Below, one piece after another: positions 15,654 to 23,426 of a DNA stretch of 64,000 bases. The stretch comes from Escherichia phage MN01: sequence record MT129652.1; one strand, 5' to 3'. The position numbers and the translations under genes are program-made. The notes beneath the pieces are model-generated. The model did no database searches and had not been told where the DNA came from. It saw only the letters and a list, made by a program, of their open reading frames with translations. Position 1 is the stretch's first letter; each line of letters opens with the position of its first letter.

Positions 15654-17888
15654 ATGATTTTAGAAACTGAAAAGGAAACAATCCTTGGTAATGGTGCCAA
15701 GGCATCAGCATTCACAATCCAGGCATCTCCAAAGGTGTTTAAGATTCTGACCAGCGACCTTTACACAAATAAGGTGCGTGCAGTTGTTCGTGAGCTGATT
15801 ACCAATATGATTGATGCTCATATGCTCAATGGCTGTCAGGATAAATTCATTGTCCAAGCTCCTGGTGAACTGGACCCACGTTTTGTGTGTCGTGACTTTG
15901 GTCCGGGTATGAGTGATTTCCAGATTCGTGGTGATGAAAATACTCCAGGTCTGTATAACAGTTTCTTTGCATCATCCAAGGCTGAATCCAATGATTTTAT
16001 TGGTGGCTTTGGTCTGGGTTCTAAATCTCCGTTCAGTTATACAGAGACGTTTAGCCTGATTTCGTATCATGATGGCCAAGTTAATGGTTATGTCGCTTAT
16101 ATGGATGGCGATGGTCCACAGATTAAGCCGACCTTTAGCGAACCAATGAAACCCGGTGACCGTACGGGGATTGAAGTTGTTGTCCCGGTTGATAGTAATG
16201 ATTTTGGTAAGTTCCGCCACGAGATTTCATATATCATGCGCCCATTTGCTGGACTGGCTGAAGTACAAGGCGTAGGCGAAATTAATTACTTCCCGGAATT
16301 TGATGATTATTATGCTCCAGAGCGTATTGATTATAGCAGCCCAGAACGTTATGGTCTTTATGCAATTTACGGTGGAATTGTTTATCCAATTGCCGACGGT
16401 TATACAAAGAAAACCTGGATGACCGCCAAAAATGATGTTGTCTTTATTAAGTTCCCGATGGGTTCGTTGGATATTGCACCTTCTCGCGAAGCATTATCAC
16501 TGGATAAACGTACGGTCGCAAATATCGTTGAACGTATTGAATCCCTTGATAAGAAAGTCATGGAAGATGATTGTAAGAAATGGCAGGAATCAGAATGTAT
16601 CCGCCACACGTATCGCGAATTACAGAGTCTGAGTTATGAAGCTCGTAATTTTCTGAAAGCTCGTAATGCTGAAACGAAATTTACGAAATCGCAATTGACC
16701 TTTAACCAGATGTATGAAATGTTCGAGCTGGACAAAGACCTTATTAATGCCGGGGTTGTCTATGATATCTATAGCACTACCCGTCTGAAACGTCTGCGTA
16801 ACTCAAGCTCGAACACGAATACTGCAAGCCTGACGAGCATGTTTGGTATTCAGAATAATACCTTGAACATTGTTATTGACGATGCTAAAGGGCGAATTGC
16901 GATGATTCGGGGCATCAGTTCAATGCTGTATGACACCAGCGCGAAAGCCAAAAAGCTCAAAGCATCTGGTAAAGTCCCGACTGTACAAGGTAGTAGTCTA
17001 TTGTTCGTTGACCCAACCAGCGAAATTCAAACACGTCTGATGGTTCAACTTCAAGAACGATTTAAAGGCGATACAGTTAATATCTATCGTACGTCTGAAC
17101 TGACCGCCCTTGTAAAAGACTGGATTCCGGTTGCTGACCCGAAAGCGCGCGTTAAGTCAAAGACTCCATCATTGATTCGTTGGACTAAAACTAATGGCAA
17201 ATGGCAGTCTGTTGAAGAATTTACATGTGCAGCTGATGCAGAGGAAATCGATGGTTATGCTGTATTCATTAACCGCAGTAGCATTTCCCCGTTGAATCAA
17301 GAATATGGCACCACGACCTTCGGGACCCAGACATTGTGTAAACTGGCAAACCTGTTGGAAATCAATGAATTCTGTGTTATTCGTCCACAGCTTCAGAAAA
17401 AGGTTACCAAGCTGGCGCAGTGTGATTGTTTGATTGAAGCTGCAGTCAATCGTTATGTGGAATTGATTGATTCAGTTGATGCGGACCAGTACATTGCCGC
17501 TTCAAGCCGTTCGCGTTATTATATTCCTATCCTGTCTGAATATGCGGAACTGAATTTTATGTTCAAGTATTTTTATGCAAAAGATGTTCAGAAAGATGTG
17601 AATACTGACTATGCCGAACTAATGCAGTTCAATAAGTTCTTTGCTTATAACGCATATAACAGTGGAACGGTTGATAAGACCATGCAGGAAACTCTGGTCC
17701 TTTGTAATAAGATTTATGACGACCTGACCAAAAACGCTTCGGTAACAAGTGATAAAATGGTTTTTGAATTTGAAAAGAATCACCCGATTGTTTCACACTT
17801 TTTATATAACCGTAACGCCATGTCAACTGAACAAGTACAGAACGTTGCTCAAATCATGAAGGCCGTGGAAGCGGCCAATAAGGAATAA
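15654..17888 (+). CDS. rIIA: rIIA (rapid-lysis / RexAB-exclusion protein, GHKL ATPase-like N-terminus)
   Basis: 744 aa (T4 725 aa); directly precedes rIIB; N-terminal ATPase-like motifs. Confidence 0.85.
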   Translation: MILETEKETILGNGAKASAFTIQASPKVFKILTSDLYTNKVRAVVRELITNMIDAHMLNGCQDKFIVQAPGELDPRFVCRDFGPGMSDFQIRGDENTPGLYNSFFASSKAESNDFIGGFGLGSKSPFSYTETFSLISYHDGQVNGYVAYMDGDGPQIKPTFSEPMKPGDRTGIEVVVPVDSNDFGKFRHEISYIMRPFAGLAEVQGVGEINYFPEFDDYYAPERIDYSSPERYGLYAIYGGIVYPIADGYTKKTWMTAKNDVVFIKFPMGSLDIAPSREALSLDKRTVANIVERIESLDKKVMEDDCKKWQESECIRHTYRELQSLSYEARNFLKARNAETKFTKSQLTFNQMYEMFELDKDLINAGVVYDIYSTTRLKRLRNSSSNTNTASLTSMFGIQNNTLNIVIDDAKGRIAMIRGISSMLYDTSAKAKKLKASGKVPTVQGSSLLFVDPTSEIQTRLMVQLQERFKGDTVNIYRTSELTALVKDWIPVADPKARVKSKTPSLIRWTKTNGKWQSVEEFTCAADAEEIDGYAVFINRSSISPLNQEYGTTTFGTQTLCKLANLLEINEFCVIRPQLQKKVTKLAQCDCLIEAAVNRYVELIDSVDADQYIAASSRSRYYIPILSEYAELNFMFKYFYAKDVQKDVNTDYAELMQFNKFFAYNAYNSGTVDKTMQETLVLCNKIYDDLTKNASVTSDKMVFEFEKNHPIVSHFLYNRNAMSTEQVQNVAQIMKAVEAANKE

Positions 17889-17889
17889 T

Positions 17890-18867
17890 ATGTTTAATAT
17901 CAAATGTATGTCTAAAGCCGAACAAGCTGATGTGGTCCAGATGTATTCAACGGGCAATTATACCCAGCCTGAATTGGCAGAATATTTTGCTGTGTCCGTT
18001 GACACCATTCGCCGCGTTTTGAAAAATGATAAAGAATCAAAATTAGCTAGAACCATTTCCGCATCACTGAAAGCAGCTGTTGGTGTGGCGATTAATGCTC
18101 CGGTGACAGTAACGGTTGAAGTCCCGGTTGCTGATACAATCGGCGGTAGCCGCCCGGAAATCGTATGGAACGCATCAAGCAAATTCGTTTCCATCACCGA
18201 AGGCCGCACGGTCTGGAACGCAACAAAAGACCATAAACACTTTGATGATATTATTCAGGCATTGATTGAATTCCGGTATGAAGATGCTATCGAGTTTATC
18301 TCTATCAAAGCTGCAGTGCAAAAATATGTGAAAGGTGATGTGCGTATTGAAGGTGGTAGCCTGTTCTATCAGGGAATTGAACTGCGCTCTGGTTTGGTTA
18401 CTCGTATCATCGATTCAATGCAAAATGGCGAAGACTTTGAATTCTATCTGCCATTCCTTGAAAATCTCCTTGAGAACCCGAGTGAGAAAGCTGTACAGCG
18501 TTTGTTTGACTTCTTGGTTGCTAACGATATCGAAATCACCGAAGATGGCCATTTCATCGCCTGGAAAATGGTTCGTTCAACCTACAAAGATTGCCACTCA
18601 AATACATTCGACAACAGCCCTGGTCAATATGTTAAAATGCCGCGCTCTCGTGTGAATGACAATGACGAACAGACCTGTTCAACTGGGCTGCACGTTTGTT
18701 CTAAAGGTTATATCGGAAGTGGCTTTGGTCATGGTGATGGGCGCATCGTATCCTGTAAAGTTCACCCGCGCGATGTTGTAAGCATCCCGGTGGATTATTC
18801 CGATAGTAAGATGAGGGTTTGCGGTTACCTGGTTCTTGAAGATGTGACCGAACGTTTCAATGATTAA
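17890..18867 (+). CDS. rIIB: rIIB
   Basis: 325 aa (T4 312 aa); immediately follows rIIA with a 1-nt gap. Confidence 0.85.
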   Translation: MFNIKCMSKAEQADVVQMYSTGNYTQPELAEYFAVSVDTIRRVLKNDKESKLARTISASLKAAVGVAINAPVTVTVEVPVADTIGGSRPEIVWNASSKFVSITEGRTVWNATKDHKHFDDIIQALIEFRYEDAIEFISIKAAVQKYVKGDVRIEGGSLFYQGIELRSGLVTRIIDSMQNGEDFEFYLPFLENLLENPSEKAVQRLFDFLVANDIEITEDGHFIAWKMVRSTYKDCHSNTFDNSPGQYVKMPRSRVNDNDEQTCSTGLHVCSKGYIGSGFGHGDGRIVSCKVHPRDVVSIPVDYSDSKMRVCGYLVLEDVTERFND

Positions 18868-19351
18868 ACAAACAATTGCTAAAGATGGCTCGGCTCGTGG
18901 TATTGTCCACGGGCTAGGTCACACGCCTGAATACATTGTATGGATTGGCATGAAAGCTCGGTGTTGCAATCCAACACATATTAGTTATTCTCGATATGGC
19001 GGTCGGGGTATCACTGTTTGCGATGAATGGCTGCATGATTTTGAAAGATTTTATACAGATATGGGGCCACGACCCACTGACAAACATCAACTTGACCGAA
19101 CAGATAACGATAAAGGGTACTCTCCCGATAACTGCAGATGGGTTAGTCCAGGCGAGAATGCTTTAAATAAGCGCCCGTATAATAACAACAAGTCTGGATT
19201 TAAAGGAGTCTCGTTTGATAAACGAGCTTTGAATAAACCATGGCGAGCCACTATTATGCGAAATAAAAAACAAATTCAAGTCGGAGCTTTTGCAACTCCA
19301 GAAGAAGCAAATGAAGCTCGATTAAAATATATGGAAGAACACAATGTCTAA
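18860..19351 (+). CDS. HNH-family (HNH_3-like) endonuclease with C-terminal AP2 DNA-binding domain
   Basis: 163 aa; EYIVWIGMKARCCNP...GGRGI.VCDEW N-terminal block, LDRTDNDKGYSPDNCRWVSPGENALNKR HNH-like core, GFKGVSFDKRALNKPWRATIMRNKKQIQVGAFATPEEA AP2 motif; start overlaps the rIIB stop. Confidence 0.7.
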   Translation: MIKQTIAKDGSARGIVHGLGHTPEYIVWIGMKARCCNPTHISYSRYGGRGITVCDEWLHDFERFYTDMGPRPTDKHQLDRTDNDKGYSPDNCRWVSPGENALNKRPYNNNKSGFKGVSFDKRALNKPWRATIMRNKKQIQVGAFATPEEANEARLKYMEEHNV

Positions 19352-19553
19352 AGAAATGTTAGGTTTCCAAGCACGTGTAGTTGAAGAATATGACCAGCTG
19401 GTTTTGAAAATCAATGCTCTTGAAGAGTTTATCAAGGGTGGAGTTTTTGAAACTCTTGATATCCGTCAACAAGGTCTTTTGATTGCCCAACTGGATGCGA
19501 TGGGCGCATATGCTCATGTACTGGCAATCCGTATCTCTTATTTTGGTGAATAA
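19344..19553 (+). CDS. hypothetical protein (69 aa)
   Basis: ORF in track, start overlaps previous stop. Confidence 0.35.
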   Translation: MSKEMLGFQARVVEEYDQLVLKINALEEFIKGGVFETLDIRQQGLLIAQLDAMGAYAHVLAIRISYFGE

Positions 19554-19556
19554 ATT

Positions 19557-19826
19557 ATGATTAAGCATTTCAATGTGTCAGACCGTGACATCAAAGTTTC
19601 AAATCTCCGGGGTCACCATTATGCAGGAATAGTTTACTGTGGTAAGCTCATCAAGCATGAAGGTGATGTTCACTATGGCTGGTTGGAATGTGATGAAGTA
19701 GTTGTTGGGGAATTCCCTGACCCGGATTCTGATACATTTGATGCTAATGACCGTTTGTACTATGGCGAGCTTCATATCCGGGGAATCGTCGGTATCGATG
19801 AGGTAAAAGATGATTCAGAAGAGTAA
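19557..19826 (+). CDS. hypothetical protein (89 aa)
   Basis: ORF in track. Confidence 0.35.
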   Translation: MIKHFNVSDRDIKVSNLRGHHYAGIVYCGKLIKHEGDVHYGWLECDEVVVGEFPDPDSDTFDANDRLYYGELHIRGIVGIDEVKDDSEE

Positions 19827-20403
19827 AACATGGGAGCATCTGAAAAAGATGCCCTCCTTTCTTTATACAAAAGAAGACTTAACCCCTGAATCTCTACAAA
19901 AGATTGTAGACACAGCCAGGTATTCATTGCGTAAAGACCCAGGTCAAGACCGTGAGCAAGTCATGCAAAGATGTATGGTGGCTACAATGGCCGAACAAGC
20001 TATTGCTAAATGGACCTCCGGCTTTTTATGTGGCGGCGATGAAGATTACGATAATCCTTATTCCTTTGCATTTGATGTAGTTTCGAAGGAAGGAGTAAGA
20101 ATCGAAGTCAAGACCCATCAGTCTGGTTCCAAATGGATATCCGTGCATACTGGCCACCAGGGTGATTATCCACATGGTTACGGGATTAATCTTGGTCCTT
20201 TTATGCAGCACAAGCTTGCCGACCTTATGATTATGCTCGATGTAAAAGAGACTCTCAAAGGTTATAGATTTAAACCAAAATTCCTTGCTGGACCTGGTGC
20301 TTTCGTTCCTGAGTCTGGTCTTGTGCAGAAGTCACAAGGGGATGGCTGGTACCTCCGTTCTTGTTCAGAAGAAAAATTTCCCTATCACCGGTTTACAAGC
20401 TGA
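19810..20403 (+). CDS. putative PD-(D/E)xK nuclease in the slot of T4 denB (endonuclease IV)
   Basis: 197 aa (T4 DenB 185 aa); candidate catalytic signature FDVV...RIEVK; position downstream of rIIB as for denB. Confidence 0.45.
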   Translation: MIQKSKTWEHLKKMPSFLYTKEDLTPESLQKIVDTARYSLRKDPGQDREQVMQRCMVATMAEQAIAKWTSGFLCGGDEDYDNPYSFAFDVVSKEGVRIEVKTHQSGSKWISVHTGHQGDYPHGYGINLGPFMQHKLADLMIMLDVKETLKGYRFKPKFLAGPGAFVPESGLVQKSQGDGWYLRSCSEEKFPYHRFTS

Positions 20404-20448
20404 ACCAACCATGTAATAATGTCCTCACACCAACAAATGAGGACATTA

Positions 20449-20726
20449 TCATGGAACAAGTTACTACTCAAAACATCAAACAAATTCTTATTCAAGCACT
20501 CAAAAACAACAACATCAATTTTCCAACCCATGAAATTTTTGATGTGGTATTCAACGAAGTCCAGGGTCAAGTTGCATATTATGACGTTATCATTTATCTT
20601 TCAGAATTTGAAGTCTACCACCTGACTGAAATCGCTTTCTATCTCTATCGTGGGACTGCAGATTTTACCGGGGTCGTGAATGCAGTTGGTGCATATAAAG
20701 AAGTTAAAGAACAAATGCACAATTAA
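20449..20726 (+). CDS. hypothetical protein (92 aa)
   Basis: Internal ATG of track ORF 20361-20726 preceded by GAGGA SD. Confidence 0.35.
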
Positions 20727-20736
20727 TTAAAAAGTA

Positions 20737-20766
20737 GTGTACATCAGTATGGAGTCTATGTATAAT
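20737..20766 (+). promoter_or_regulatory. early-type promoter (GTGTACA -35, TATAAT -10 inside CAGTATGG/CCATACTG inverted repeat)
   Basis: Cassette family member. Confidence 0.55.
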
Positions 20767-20802
20767 GATTCCATACTGAGTTACCAAATACTGGAGAATA
20801 AA

Positions 20803-20958
20803 ATGAAACCTGCTCAATATGCAATGACTTTATACCTTGAAGTTAATGGCGATATTACTGAATTTTTTAAATTAATGCAACAGCGCGGAAAAAGTTTTGC
20901 AGTTACTGAGCGTCAATTTTACGCGTGTCGCAAAAATACATACAATCGTTATGCATGA
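20803..20958 (+). CDS. hypothetical protein (51 aa)
   Basis: ATG after CTGGAGAATAAA leader. Confidence 0.3.
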   Translation: MKPAQYAMTLYLEVNGDITEFFKLMQQRGKSFAVTERQFYACRKNTYNRYA

Positions 20959-20968
20959 GGAAAATAAA

Positions 20969-21229
20969 ATGGATATCAAATTATATTACGCTAAACACAA
21001 AGTTACAGGTAAAGTTGTTGCTGCTATGTACGATGCATCAGGTGAAGATGTTACTACGGAATTATCCCTTTCTAATTGTAGATTTCTTCGTCCTTTGCTA
21101 GCGTCAAAAAAAGATTTACAAAAACTTATCGACGGTAAATTAGATAATGTCGATGGTATAGATATTCATTATGAACTCCGCCATGCACTGACTGATGGGT
21201 TTATGGAAATAAAAGAGATAGTATTATGA
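20969..21229 (+). CDS. hypothetical protein (86 aa)
   Basis: Internal ATG of track ORF 20897-21229 after GAGGAAAATAAA. Confidence 0.35.
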   Translation: MDIKLYYAKHKVTGKVVAAMYDASGEDVTTELSLSNCRFLRPLLASKKDLQKLIDGKLDNVDGIDIHYELRHALTDGFMEIKEIVL

Positions 21230-21319
21230 GTAGCAAAACTTGGTGCCTTATCTGGATATTGTGTATCCCAGTAATTTGCGTTTGTTTTAGTTTATTATTA
21301 ATGAAACTTGCATAAAAGA

Positions 21320-21349
21320 GTATACATCTCCAGTGGTTGTAGTATAATG
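21320..21349 (+). promoter_or_regulatory. early-type promoter (GTATACA -35, TATAAT -10)
   Basis: Cassette variant, followed by TATCAACTACTGGAGATGATT-ATG. Confidence 0.45.
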
Positions 21350-21501
21350 AACCTATCAACTACTGGAGATGATTATGAAAAAGTTACTTAAAGCCATTTG
21401 GAACATGTTTGTACTGTTTGTTGTCCTGAGCATTTTCCCAATTGTTTTTATGATTGACCATGTACGTGTTTACTTTAACTATTTCTTTTGAGGATAATAT
21501 T

Positions 21502-21648
21502 ATGATAGTTATGAAAAAGTTTAAAGAATATCATTGCTATGAATGTGGCAAAAAGATTGATTCTATTCATTCATTAAGCGTCTTTTCTTTTGATAATTTA
21601 AACTATGCACACATTTGGTGCCTTCGTGGAATGACTAAATTTAACTGA
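21502..21648 (+). CDS. small Cys/His protein (48 aa, CYECGK...HIWC)
   Basis: Internal ATG of track ORF 21454-21648 after GAGGA. Confidence 0.3.
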   Translation: MIVMKKFKEYHCYECGKKIDSIHSLSVFSFDNLNYAHIWCLRGMTKFN

Positions 21649-21658
21649 GGATAATATT

Positions 21659-21865
21659 ATGAATTACAATTCACAATTTCAGAAATCCAATCGTCGCTTT
21701 GACTTTATGTTCAAGTTTATCATGGCGATGATTATCCTGATTTTCATTGGTGCCATTGCAATGATTGGTTTCCAGCTCTGGATTGCTGCTGAAGTGTTCA
21801 CACAAATCCAGGATAATGGTTTGAAGTCTGTTGTTGATGTAATTTGGAATGGAGCTAAGCAATGA
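21659..21865 (+). CDS. small membrane protein (68 aa)
   Basis: ORF in track; long hydrophobic helix. Confidence 0.35.
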   Translation: MNYNSQFQKSNRRFDFMFKFIMAMIILIFIGAIAMIGFQLWIAAEVFTQIQDNGLKSVVDVIWNGAKQ

Positions 21866-22107
21866 AACTTTTTAAAGACATTGCAGTTGGTGAAAAATTT
21901 GTCCTGGGTAATGGTCAACAACTGATTCGCATTTCGCCTTTGATGGATAACAGCGAGCGCCCTGTGCGCACTGAAAACTGTTTGGATTATCCTTTTTATC
22001 AGAAGCGTTTTGCAATTGAAAATAATACTGAGTGCTTCACAGTTGATGAACTGATGGAATCATCAGAAGAAGTTGACTTGTGGGATGGCGCAGTTGATGT
22101 AGAATAG
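21862..22107 (+). CDS. hypothetical protein (81 aa)
   Basis: ORF in track; ATGA-coupled to previous. Confidence 0.35.
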   Translation: MKLFKDIAVGEKFVLGNGQQLIRISPLMDNSERPVRTENCLDYPFYQKRFAIENNTECFTVDELMESSEEVDLWDGAVDVE

Positions 22108-22136
22108 TGTACAAACTTTTGGGAGCAGAGTATAAT
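22107..22136 (+). promoter_or_regulatory. early-type promoter (GTGTACA -35, TATAAT -10 inside GGGAGC/GTTCCC inverted repeat)
   Basis: Cassette family member. Confidence 0.55.
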
Positions 22137-22175
22137 GTTCCCAGTGGATAATAAAATTTAGCTGAGGAAATCATT

Positions 22176-22520
22176 ATGTCTAAAGTATTTTTTGGTAATC
22201 GCAACATTATGTTCTTTAAACAGATTAGCGTATCAGAAGCATTTGATTTAAGTTATTCAGGCGGTACAAAAGCTGTTAACCTTAAAAATTTGATGTCTGC
22301 AGAATTTGCATTCTATCAGGACCCTGAAACTGGTTTCTACAAATTTATTAAGTTCCGCATGACTATGGACCGCGATTATCGTGATGTTTATTATACAAGT
22401 TATGAAAGTGTTATCAATGCAATTCGTGAAGCTTATGGATTGGATTCGTTGTCGCTTGACCGCCTGTATAATGCAAGCCTTTACACCAGTGGATTTATTT
22501 TAGAACAGCTTCAAAAATAG
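22176..22520 (+). CDS. hypothetical protein (114 aa)
   Basis: ORF in track with GAGGAAATCATT-ATG context. Confidence 0.4.
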   Translation: MSKVFFGNRNIMFFKQISVSEAFDLSYSGGTKAVNLKNLMSAEFAFYQDPETGFYKFIKFRMTMDRDYRDVYYTSYESVINAIREAYGLDSLSLDRLYNASLYTSGFILEQLQK

Positions 22521-22549
22521 TGTACAAACTCTTGGGGTCTGAGTATAAT
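22520..22549 (+). promoter_or_regulatory. early-type promoter (GTGTACA -35, TATAAT -10 inside GGGGTC/GACCCC inverted repeat)
   Basis: Cassette family member. Confidence 0.55.
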
Positions 22550-22593
22550 GACCCCACTGGAGCACAAAACTTTAACTTACTGAGGAAATTAAT

Positions 22594-23043
22594 ATGAATA
22601 CTTACATGACCCGTCGTGACGTACTGAATGCTGGCGCTACTACTGTTGCTTATATCCATAATGGTAATTATGTTGCAGGTCGCCCGACTAAAGAAGCTAT
22701 CACTCAACCAGGTTTTTATTTCGTGGTTAAAGGTGAAGGTGAATCACGTATTGTTGCCGCACGTTTTTATGTTGGTAACCAACGTTCACAACAAGGGTTT
22801 GACACTGTATTAAGTCACATCCGCAAACAGCGTTCGCAACTGTCTCGCACAATGGCGAACAATGGGGTTATCTATGAAGTCCTGTTTGTCCCAGTTTCTA
22901 AAATGAAACCTCTGACAACTGGTTATGGTAAAGGTCAAATTGCGATGGCGTTCACTCGCTCACATAGTTCTGATTGCCAGACCCTTTCAGAAATGAATCG
23001 CATGCTTGCTGATAACTTTAAATTCATTCTGCAGAGTTATTAA
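22594..23043 (+). CDS. ndd: Ndd (nucleoid disruption protein)
   Basis: 149 aa; close match to T4 Ndd as remembered: [53 protein letters not shown]. Confidence 0.8.
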   Translation: MNTYMTRRDVLNAGATTVAYIHNGNYVAGRPTKEAITQPGFYFVVKGEGESRIVAARFYVGNQRSQQGFDTVLSHIRKQRSQLSRTMANNGVIYEVLFVPVSKMKPLTTGYGKGQIAMAFTRSHSSDCQTLSEMNRMLADNFKFILQSY

Positions 23044-23044
23044 T

Positions 23045-23125
23045 ATGAGTAATTTCCATAATGAACACGTGATGCAATGGCATCGTCATAATCTGAAATT
23101 AACTGGCGTCTTTGGACGCCCTTGA
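23045..23125 (+). CDS. stp: Stp (suppressor of three-prime phosphatase; 26-aa peptide)
   Basis: Self-translated [26 protein letters not shown], near-identical to T4 Stp as remembered; not in ORF track. Confidence 0.8.
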   Translation: MSNFHNEHVMQWHRHNLKLTGVFGRP

Positions 23126-23132
23126 GGAAAAT

Positions 23133-23285
23133 ATGAAATTTGTTCATGGCGTAGCTTTTTTCTGTTGGTCATTTTTATTTGTTGGAACATTAATAACTGG
23201 AGAAACTTCAGTATTTCTGCAGTCAACAGCTCAAGGTGTATTAGCGACTTTAACACTATTTAAATTATTGGATAAAAATGATTAA
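23133..23285 (+). CDS. ac: small membrane protein in the position of T4 ac (acridine sensitivity)
   Basis: 50 aa hydrophobic ORF immediately after stp; T4 ac is 51 aa in the same position. Confidence 0.45.
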   Translation: MKFVHGVAFFCWSFLFVGTLITGETSVFLQSTAQGVLATLTLFKLLDKND

Positions 23286-23418
23286 GAAAATCCTGGGCTA
23301 CTCGTTAGCCCTTGCTGCCTTATTGGTGGCACTGTATTATGGAGTTGTGTTTGCATTAGTGCAGGTTGTGCTTTTTATTTCTGATGCTATAATGGCAGTA
23401 CATTCGTTAATCTGGTAA
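23278..23418 (+). CDS. small membrane protein (46 aa)
   Basis: Self-translated hydrophobic ORF between ac and gene 52. Confidence 0.3.
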   Translation: MIKKILGYSLALAALLVALYYGVVFALVQVVLFISDAIMAVHSLIW

Positions 23419-23426
23419 GGTGATAT

